Part shown: piece by piece, positions 25,465-32,000 of the stretch
How positions within the stretch are numbered: position 1 is the stretch's first letter
How the letters are laid out: each line of letters opens with the position of its first letter
From: Saxibacter everestensis
Lineage (GTDB): Bacteria; Actinomycetota; Actinomycetes; Actinomycetales; Brevibacteriaceae
Direction of reading: 5' to 3'
NCBI RefSeq assembly: GCF_025787225.1
Contig: NZ_CP090958.1
Location: 865,856-897,855, forward strand
DNA length: 32,000 nt
The notes under the pieces: model-generated
Databases searched by the model: none
Told to the model about the DNA's origin: nothing
The model's input: the letters and a program-made list of their open reading frames with translations, nothing else
Program-made: the position numbers and the translations under genes

Positions 25465-28056
25465 TTAGTCGACAGCCAGGCCTTCCACCGGAGTCATTTT
25501 CGTGGCTCTGCGGGCCGGCAGCACCGAGGCAAGCAAACCGGCGATGGCGGCCACGGCAACGACCGTCCCGATCTGCGCCCACGGAATGCTCAAGCTCGCG
25601 GTGATATCGGTCTCCATCAGGATCGATGCGGCGCCTGCCCAGGCGAAGAAGACACCGAAAATGACGCCGAGCACCGCGGCGACCGCGGCGACCAGTACCG
25701 CCTCGATCGCGAGCATGCCGCGCAGTTGCCCCTTGGTGAGGCCCATGGCCCGCAACAGGGCAGACTCCCGGCGTCGTTCCAGCACCGACAGCGCCATGGT
25801 GTTTCCGACGCCGACAAGTGCGATCACAACGGCAATCGCCAGCAGGCACAGTACGACCAGCAGAAGCATGTCCAGCACTTCGCCGTAGATTGCACGCTCA
25901 GCTGCACCGCCGTACACGCTGAGCTCGTCACCGTGCGACATGATGTTCGACTGCACGCTCTGAATCTCCGACGAGCTCAGGTCCGGATCCAGCTCCAGCC
26001 ACACCTGTTGTGCCGTAGGAGTGGAATCAAGTCTGGTCAGGTCGCCGGGAGCCACCATGATGACGCCGTCCGGCACCCGGTTTTCATGTTTGATCGTCAG
26101 TTCAATCGTGTCGTGGCCGGCGGTAACGGCGATTGAGGAACCGGTCTTCACCGTCTGATTGGCGATTCCCAGCTCGTTCAGCGTGATCGGATTAACCAGC
26201 AGCTGCCCCGGTTTTGGTACCAGGCCACCGGAATGGGCAACTTTTTGGATGTCGGAAGCCGGTGCGCCGAGCGCTATCAGTGGGCTGTCCGTGCTGGCTT
26301 CCGTGCTATCGGCGGCGCTGTCCTCCGTGCCGAAGCTGACCGGCGTCCCGTCGAGCACGACCGATTCGCGGACATCGGGCTCTGTGGCCGCGGCGCTGAG
26401 CTGATTCTCGGTCAGGCCGTCCGGATTGGTCGTCTGCACCCAAAGATCAACCGGGCGACGCTCGTCGATCTGGTTCTGAACCGATGTGCGAACCGAGGCG
26501 GAACCGACGATCATCATCCCGACCAGGGTGACGCCGACCAACAAGGCAGCGGCCGTCGCGGCCGTCCGGCCCGGATTGCGCACCGCGTTCAGCGCCGCGA
26601 GCTTACCGGGCACACCGGTCCAGCTGACCAGCATGCCGACTGCGCGCACTGCCAGTGGAATCAGCAGCGAGGACGCCAGCAGGAGCCCGAGGAACGTGAG
26701 TGCGCCGGCAGGCAATGCCAGCGTGATGCCAACTTTGAGAGCGCCGGCAATCAGCCCGACGATCCCGACGACGATCATCAGGAAGGCGATGATCAGCCGG
26801 ACCATGCCGCGCTTGGATTTCACGTCGACCTCGTCGGCGGGTCGCAGGGCTGCCAGCGGACGGACCCGGGTAGCCCGCCTCGCGGGTGACAACGCCGCGC
26901 CGACTGTCACGACGACCCCGACGACCATGCCGATCGAGATGCTGGCTACGCTGAGCTGCGCTGTTCCGAGCTGAATCCCGCTGTTCGCCATCCGGCTCCA
27001 CAGTGCAACCCCACTGGCCAGGCCGTAACCAACCAGCACCCCGAGAGCGGAAGCTGCAAGGCCGAGGACCAGCGATTCGGTGAGCACGGAACGCCGCACC
27101 TGGCCGGCGTCCGCGCCGATGCATCGAAGCAGGGCGAGTTCCCGGGTGCGCTGGGCGACGAGCACCTGGAACGTATTTGCTATCACGATGCCGGCAACCA
27201 ATAGGGCGATAAAGCCGAAGACCAGCACGACAGTGGTCAGGATCTGGGTACTGCCAACCACCTGGTCCAGTTTCTCCGCAAGTGCTTCCTGGCGGGTTTG
27301 AACCTGTGCCGAGCCGAGGCCGGCCTGGTCAAGGGCGTAAGAAACGGAGGTCGCCAGGTCTGTGTCCGAGCTGCCGGCCCCGGCCACGCCATAGGAGATT
27401 GGTGTCAGGTCGGGAAAAACCTCTTTGAGTCCCGCCTCGGTCATTCCCACGGTCGCCGCTCCGCTGTTGATCACCGATCCCTCCGGTTTGGTAATTCCGA
27501 TGATGGTGAGGTCGACCGGGGTCTCTTTCAGTGCTCCGGACTCGGCGTCGATTTCGGATTTCAACAGCGTCACGGAGTCGCCGACGCCGACGCTCTGCGC
27601 CATCGCGGTGTCCTTGTCGACGGTGAGCTGGTCGGCAGTCCGTGGCCAGTCGCCAGACGCAAGCTGCTGCCAACGCAGCCTTTCCGCTGGGAGCGCGGTG
27701 AGTTCCGCGTAGGTTCTCTTGGTGCCGAAGCGGAGCTCCGCATAGCTTTGGTAGAGCGCACCGGCTGTGTCGACCCCTTCGGTCGAACGGAGCGCCGAAA
27801 GGTACTTCTCCGCTGCTGCCGATTCCTTGGTAGCCGCAGCATCCGACGGTTGCTGCTCTGGCGTCGTTTCCTCAGGGGTTACAGTCACATCGGATTTCGC
27901 CAGGGTCGCGGTGAAAGCCTTCTCAACCGTCTGGTTGAAGGTGTCGGACAGGGTCAGGGTGCCGACGATGAATCCGACCGAGAGGATGATCGCGACGGCC
28001 GCCGCGAGCAGCCGGGGAATGTTGGCGCGTAGCTGCGCCCAGGTTGCCGTCTTCAT
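25465..28056 (-). CDS. ABC transporter permease with two FtsX-type modules (10 predicted TM helices, two large extracytoplasmic domains)
   Basis: 863 aa. The hydrophobic segments follow the pattern TM1, large loop, TM2-4, TM5-7, large loop, TM8-10. It overlaps the upstream ATPase gene by 4 nt. Confidence 0.85.
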   Translation of the reverse strand: MKTATWAQLRANIPRLLAAAVAIILSVGFIVGTLTLSDTFNQTVEKAFTATLAKSDVTVTPEETTPEQQPSDAAATKESAAAEKYLSALRSTEGVDTAGALYQSYAELRFGTKRTYAELTALPAERLRWQQLASGDWPRTADQLTVDKDTAMAQSVGVGDSVTLLKSEIDAESGALKETPVDLTIIGITKPEGSVINSGAATVGMTEAGLKEVFPDLTPISYGVAGAGSSDTDLATSVSYALDQAGLGSAQVQTRQEALAEKLDQVVGSTQILTTVVLVFGFIALLVAGIVIANTFQVLVAQRTRELALLRCIGADAGQVRRSVLTESLVLGLAASALGVLVGYGLASGVALWSRMANSGIQLGTAQLSVASISIGMVVGVVVTVGAALSPARRATRVRPLAALRPADEVDVKSKRGMVRLIIAFLMIVVGIVGLIAGALKVGITLALPAGALTFLGLLLASSLLIPLAVRAVGMLVSWTGVPGKLAALNAVRNPGRTAATAAALLVGVTLVGMMIVGSASVRTSVQNQIDERRPVDLWVQTTNPDGLTENQLSAAATEPDVRESVVLDGTPVSFGTEDSAADSTEASTDSPLIALGAPASDIQKVAHSGGLVPKPGQLLVNPITLNELGIANQTVKTGSSIAVTAGHDTIELTIKHENRVPDGVIMVAPGDLTRLDSTPTAQQVWLELDPDLSSSEIQSVQSNIMSHGDELSVYGGAAERAIYGEVLDMLLLVVLCLLAIAVVIALVGVGNTMALSVLERRRESALLRAMGLTKGQLRGMLAIEAVLVAAVAAVLGVIFGVFFAWAGAASILMETDITASLSIPWAQIGTVVAVAAIAGLLASVLPARRATKMTPVEGLAVD

Positions 28057-28892
28057 GCCGCGACACCAGCCGAACCTAGTCCGCGCATGGCTTCGATAAC
28101 GTCGTCCGCGGTTGGATCTGTGATTTCTCCTGCCAGCTTTCCATCGGCCAGCAGGACGACCCGGTCGGCATAGGACGCAGCCACGGGATCGTGGGTGACC
28201 ATCACGACGGTCTGTCCGAGCTCCCGTACGCTCCGGCGAAGCAGGCCGAGCACCTCGGCACCGGAAACGGAATCGAGGTTACCGGTAGGCTCGTCGCCGA
28301 AAATCACGTCGGGCCGGCTGAGCAGCGCGCGCGCAACGGCAACCCGTTGCTGCTGACCTCCGGAGAGCTCGTGCGGCTTGTGTCGCAGCCTGGATGTGAG
28401 CCCGAGTACCTCGGTGACGTAGTCGTACCACTCGGCGTCGTGGGATCTACCGGCAAGCTCCAGCGGAAGCAGGATGTTCTGCCGGGCGGTGAGAGTCGGC
28501 ACCAGGTTGAACGACTGGAACACGAAGCCGACGCGGTCGCGCCGCAGCCTGGTCAGTTCCTTGTCCTTCAACCCGGTGATCTCGGTCTCGCCGAGCCAGA
28601 TCTGACCGGTGGTGGCGCTGTCCAGGCCTGCCAGGCAGTGCATCAGCGTCGATTTGCCTGAGCCGGATGGGCCCATGATGGCAGTGAAATGGCCGCGTTC
28701 GAATCCCACGGTGACGCCGGCGAGGGCGTGCACCTTCGTCTGGTCTTTCCCGTAGGACTTGCGCAGGTCGACCGCGGAAACGGCGAAGTCCCTGATCTCT
28801 GCCGCGGTCTGCGGGGCTGCGGTTGCTGGTGTCGTGCTGTCGCTGTGACGACCGTGGCCGGACGGATCGACGCTCAAGGGGTAACTCCTCAT
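28053..28892 (-). CDS. ABC transporter ATP-binding protein (MacB/LolD/FtsE-type)
   Basis: 279 aa with Walker A (GPSGSGKST), FQSFNLVPTLTARQNI, signature LSGGQQQRVAVARAL and Walker B (IFGDEPTG). An alternative start is the TTG at 28877, which has AGGAG 7 nt upstream. Confidence 0.9.
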   Translation of the reverse strand: MRSYPLSVDPSGHGRHSDSTTPATAAPQTAAEIRDFAVSAVDLRKSYGKDQTKVHALAGVTVGFERGHFTAIMGPSGSGKSTLMHCLAGLDSATTGQIWLGETEITGLKDKELTRLRRDRVGFVFQSFNLVPTLTARQNILLPLELAGRSHDAEWYDYVTEVLGLTSRLRHKPHELSGGQQQRVAVARALLSRPDVIFGDEPTGNLDSVSGAEVLGLLRRSVRELGQTVVMVTHDPVAASYADRVVLLADGKLAGEITDPTADDVIEAMRGLGSAGVAA

Positions 28893-29028
28893 GGTTGGTG
28901 AATTCGTTCATTCCCAACGCTATGAATTCCCGGCCGATCTTTCATCGCCCCGCACTCCGAACCGGTGCCGGGTTCGGTACGACCTGAGGATGACGGAGCA
29001 GGCAGGCTGCGTACGCCTAAGTCAGCTG

Positions 29029-29736
29029 TCAGGGGCTCCCTGGTTTGACCAGTCCCTGTTCGTAGGCAAGCACAACGGCCTGTACCCGGTCGCGGACCTC
29101 GAGCTTGGACAGAATCCGGCCGACGTGCGTTTTGATAGTTGCTTCGGAAAGGAAGAACTTCGCTGCGATCTCGGAATTCGACAAGCCCTGGGCAATTTCC
29201 TTCATCACTTCCAGCTCGCGCTCGGTGAGCCGCTCGAGCGGACTGGGCGCACCGGAACTGTCCTTCTCCACCGTGATCAGCGGCGCAACGTGTTCCAACA
29301 GTCGCCGGGTGGTCGATGGAGCAATAACGGCGTCGCCCCGGTAGACCGTGCGGATGGCGTCGAGAAGTTCCTCGGGTGGCGCGTCCTTGAGCAGAAAGCC
29401 GCTGGCGCCTGCCTTGATCGCGGCGAGAGCGTACTCGTCGATATCGAAGGTGGTGAGAACCACAATTTTCAGGTCCGCGATCCGGCCCGCCTGCTGCTCG
29501 GCAAGCAAACGCTTCGTCGCCTCGATCCCATCGAGCTGCGGCATCCGGACGTCCATCAGAACGACATCGACGCGGGTGGCCAGCAGCGTCTGAATGGCGT
29601 CGTTGCCGTTTGCCGCCTCGGCCACTACCTCGAGGTCGGGCTGGGAATCGATAACCATCTTGAATCCCCGGCGCAGCAGTTCCTGGTCGTCGACAAGGGC
29701 TACCCGGATGGGGGCGGGGGCTGTGGGCTGGGACAC
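29029..29736 (-). CDS. Response regulator, NarL/FixJ (LuxR-type HTH) family
   Basis: 235 aa with a receiver domain (VALVDDQ...VVLMDVRMPQLDG) and a C-terminal LuxR HTH (LTERELEVMKEIAQGLSNSEIAAKFFLSEATIKTHV). GTG start with GGAGA upstream. Confidence 0.9.
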   Translation of the reverse strand: MSQPTAPAPIRVALVDDQELLRRGFKMVIDSQPDLEVVAEAANGNDAIQTLLATRVDVVLMDVRMPQLDGIEATKRLLAEQQAGRIADLKIVVLTTFDIDEYALAAIKAGASGFLLKDAPPEELLDAIRTVYRGDAVIAPSTTRRLLEHVAPLITVEKDSSGAPSPLERLTERELEVMKEIAQGLSNSEIAAKFFLSEATIKTHVGRILSKLEVRDRVQAVVLAYEQGLVKPGSP

Positions 29737-29792
29737 GAATGGTCTCCGATTCTGAATATCTCGTGCTGGTGATGGTCGGGTCTATTGGGAGG

Positions 29793-31013
29793 CTAGCCGG
29801 AGGTTGGGATCATATACGGGAAGAACGCCGTCACCAGGTAGCCACCCGGGTGCGGCCCGGCGGAAAATGTCCCGCCGTACAGCGTCGCGCGTTCGTTCAT
29901 TCCGACGATCCCATGACCCCTGCCGTCGACGGGATCTGCGCCGGCGCCGCGGCCGTCATCCTGAACTGTGACTACGACGCCGTTCGGTGCGAAGTCCAGC
30001 AGCACCCGCGAGGACACCTCGGGACCGCCATGTTTCATCGTGTTCGTCAGGCTTTCCTGAACTATCCGGTAGATAGCCAGCGCGGGACCGGCCGGAAGCT
30101 CGACCTGGGGGCCGCGTATCTCGTAGCTCACCGGCAGCCCGGCGGCCCGAACCGCGTCAACCAGCTCCGGCAGATCGACGATGCCGGGCTGTGGACGGGT
30201 GTCGATGTCGTCTGCGCCTTCGCGCAGTACGCCGAGGAGCCGGCGCATATCCGCGAGGGCCGCCCGGCCGGTGCTTGAAATTGTTTCAAGTACCTCGGCG
30301 GCGGCCTTCGGGTCGGTTGCGGCGGCATAGCGCCCGCCGTCGGCCTGGGCGATCACCACCGACAGGGAATGCGCAACGACATCGTGCATCTCCCTGGCAA
30401 TCCGTGACCGCTCGGCGTTGGCGGCGAGCCGCGCCTCCTGGTCGCGTTCGATCTCCAGCAGCCGGTTGCGCTCGGCGAGATCGGCGAGTTGCTGTCGTCG
30501 TACCCGGGTGAGGTCGCCGAGCGTCCATGACACCAGAACGAGGCTTGCACACATCAGGGCAAGAAATGCGCCGGTGATCAGCGAGAACAGTAGGCTGCCG
30601 GTGTCCATCATCGGCCCATATCGCAGGCCGAACAGTGCGCTGCCGGCCAGACCGGCAATCAGGCCGGCCCGGCCGGCGCGGCGCGGCGCATAAGCGGTGA
30701 GTGCATAGACCGATAGCGGCACGGCAATGATGTTTGTCACCGGGATGATGCCAAGTACGCAATAGAGCAGAGCGGACGAGGCGACAATTCCCCCGGACAG
30801 CACCGGTTGGGTTCGGCGAAGGGCCAGCGGCACCGTCATGCCGAGCGTCAGCAGAAGGGTGAGTGGCCAGAGTGGAAATGTATTGACGCCGATGAAGAGC
30901 AGTGACAGCAGTGTCAGCGGGCCGGCAACGAAAATCGAATCGATCAGGATTGGATGCTCGCGCAGCCAAAGATAGATCCGTTCCCGTTTTCGCATACTCA
31001 AGACTCTATCCAC
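29793..31013 (-). CDS. Sensor histidine kinase, HisKA_3 type, with about six N-terminal TM helices and no obvious extracytoplasmic domain
   Basis: 406 aa with H-box RIAREMHDVVAHSLSV and an ATPase domain (N box QESLTNTMKHG; G box DDGRG...GHGIVGMNER). The GTG at 31013 has GGAGG 9 nt upstream; an alternative start is the ATG at 30995. Confidence 0.85.
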   Translation of the reverse strand: MDRVLSMRKRERIYLWLREHPILIDSIFVAGPLTLLSLLFIGVNTFPLWPLTLLLTLGMTVPLALRRTQPVLSGGIVASSALLYCVLGIIPVTNIIAVPLSVYALTAYAPRRAGRAGLIAGLAGSALFGLRYGPMMDTGSLLFSLITGAFLALMCASLVLVSWTLGDLTRVRRQQLADLAERNRLLEIERDQEARLAANAERSRIAREMHDVVAHSLSVVIAQADGGRYAAATDPKAAAEVLETISSTGRAALADMRRLLGVLREGADDIDTRPQPGIVDLPELVDAVRAAGLPVSYEIRGPQVELPAGPALAIYRIVQESLTNTMKHGGPEVSSRVLLDFAPNGVVVTVQDDGRGAGADPVDGRGHGIVGMNERATLYGGTFSAGPHPGGYLVTAFFPYMIPTSG

Positions 31014-31159
31014 CCGGCCTGGCCTCCGGCCTCGCCCCGGCGCGGTATCTGGCCCTTCGCCGGATCAGACCAGGGTCGTAGGCCAGCCGATCGACATCCG
31101 GAGTTTCCGCGGCAGTTTCCACGTGATCCAGCACTGATTCGTCCTGTGCTTGCCTCGGA

Positions 31160-31175
31160 CTAAACACGCGTTTAG
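31160..31175. promoter_or_regulatory. 16-bp near-perfect palindrome CTAAACACGCGTTTAG overlapping a TAGTAT -10 candidate; probable TetR operator
   Basis: 7 of 8 positions pair, read directly. TAGTAT (31173-31178) ends 7 nt before the TetR ATG at 31186, which implies a leaderless transcript. Confidence 0.5.
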
Positions 31176-31185
31176 TATATTGAAC

Positions 31186-31872
31186 ATGCGTATAGCGAGT
31201 GAGGCCGCTCCGGCGACAGGGGACCTCAACACCAAGGCGAAAATCCGGGACGCGGCCATCGGGCACTTCGCCCGGGACGGTTTCCAAAAGACGAATCTGC
31301 GCGCCATCGCGGCCACCGCGGGGGTCAGTGCCGGGCTGGTCATCCACCATTTCGGCAGCAAACAGGCCCTCCGTACCGCGTGTGACGACTATGTGCTGGG
31401 TGACCTGATCGACACTGCCCACGACAAGGCGAAACCGGCCGGCCTGCAGGACGTCATCCGCAAGTATCTGGAGAATCCCGCCGAACACCAGGTGCATATC
31501 GGGTACCTGGCGCGCGCCGTGTCCGAGGAGACCCCCACCGGTCACAAGTTCGTGGACAGCCTGGTGGATGAGACGGAGGCGATCGTCGAGGCCGGAATTG
31601 CCGACGGAAGCATGCGCCAATCCTCGGACCCCCGCGGACTAGCGGTGCTGATCGTGGCGACCAGCCTAGGCATGTTGACCATGAACCCACCCCTGGCGAA
31701 TGCGCTCGGCTACGACGGACTGGGTCCGGAGCTGATGCGCCGGATGGCCGTGCCGGCTCTTGAGCTCTACACCTACGGCCTCTACACCGACGACAGCTTT
31801 CTCAAGGCGACCCGGGAAGCGTTTTCTGCCGATGAAGAGGGCACGCCGACGACTTCGTCCACGACCAGGTGA
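31186..31872 (+). CDS. TetR/AcrR family transcriptional regulator
   Basis: I prefer the ATG at 31186 (MRIASEAAP...) over the TTG at 31150. N-terminal HTH: TKAKIRDAAIGHFARDGFQKTNLRAIAATAGVSAGLVIHHFGSKQAL. Confidence 0.9.
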   Translation: MRIASEAAPATGDLNTKAKIRDAAIGHFARDGFQKTNLRAIAATAGVSAGLVIHHFGSKQALRTACDDYVLGDLIDTAHDKAKPAGLQDVIRKYLENPAEHQVHIGYLARAVSEETPTGHKFVDSLVDETEAIVEAGIADGSMRQSSDPRGLAVLIVATSLGMLTMNPPLANALGYDGLGPELMRRMAVPALELYTYGLYTDDSFLKATREAFSADEEGTPTTSSTTR

Positions 31873-31890
31873 ACTGAAAGGAACTGAAAC
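31871..31890. repeat. Tandem 10-mer GAACTGAAAG / GAACTGAAAC between the TetR stop and the next ATG
   Basis: Read directly; 9 of 10 positions are identical. The first copy contains the likely RBS (AAAGGA) of the downstream gene. Confidence 0.6.
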
Positions 31891-31891
31891 C

Positions 31892-32000
31892 ATGAGTCAC
31901 ATCGGGACGACCAGCAGGACGGGCCGGCAGGCTCCAGCTATGGTAGCGGTCGGCAACGCCATCAAGGTCGTTGATCTGACCAAGACATTTGGCGGCAAGC
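31892..32000 (+). CDS. ABC transporter ATP-binding protein, N-terminal fragment (continues beyond the window)
   Basis: ATG at 31892: MSHIGTTSRTGRQAPAMVAVGNAIKVVDLTKTFGGK... This is the typical lead-in to a Walker A motif. It lies 19 nt downstream of the TetR gene. Only 36 codons are visible. Confidence 0.55.
   Translation, partial: MSHIGTTSRTGRQAPAMVAVGNAIKVVDLTKTFGGK

Noticed and set aside
28891-29772. 293-aa + strand ORF over the response regulator gene, plus 29739-30278 (+) and 31006-31620 (-)
   Set aside because: They are antisense to the clearly recognisable response regulator, kinase and TetR genes, and their composition is low-complexity.

Overview
This is a high-GC, densely coding segment that looks like an actinobacterial chromosome. 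Many long antisense shadow ORFs in the track are artefacts of the GC content. I support about 31 protein genes, in this order. (1) A minus-strand peptide-type ABC importer: solute-binding protein, two permeases and a fused double ATPase that runs off the left edge. (2) A signal-less gamma-glutamyltransferase-family gene, an unknown membrane/coiled-coil gene and an M19 dipeptidase. (3) def, cysK-cysE, a 2-hydroxyacid dehydrogenase coupled to a MOSC-like gene, and a divergent LysR/EamA pair. (4) ilvD, a C39-like cysteine peptidase, then ilvB-ilvN-ilvC preceded by a branched-chain-rich leader peptide and a terminator (attenuator). (5) A more accessory-looking stretch: Doc toxin with an RHH antitoxin, an RHH-domain protein, a PrmC/HemK-like methyltransferase and a 2TM-membrane-protein/PadR pair. 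(6) A histidine kinase, NarL-type response regulator, MacB/LolD-type ATPase and 10-TM FtsX-type permease block. (7) TetR plus the start of another ABC ATPase. I found no rRNA, tRNA, CRISPR array, transposase or integrase. Most of the window is ordinary core metabolism, and I see no unambiguous novel system. The candidates most worth follow-up are: the importer + GGT + unknown membrane protein + dipeptidase cluster beside the cysteine genes; the kinase/regulator/ABC block flanked by 2TM-PadR; the RHH protein / repeat-bearing spacer / PrmC-like methyltransferase locus; the signal-less C39-like peptidase inside the ilv cluster; and the ilvB attenuator. All functional calls rest on motif recognition in the translations, not on database searches.
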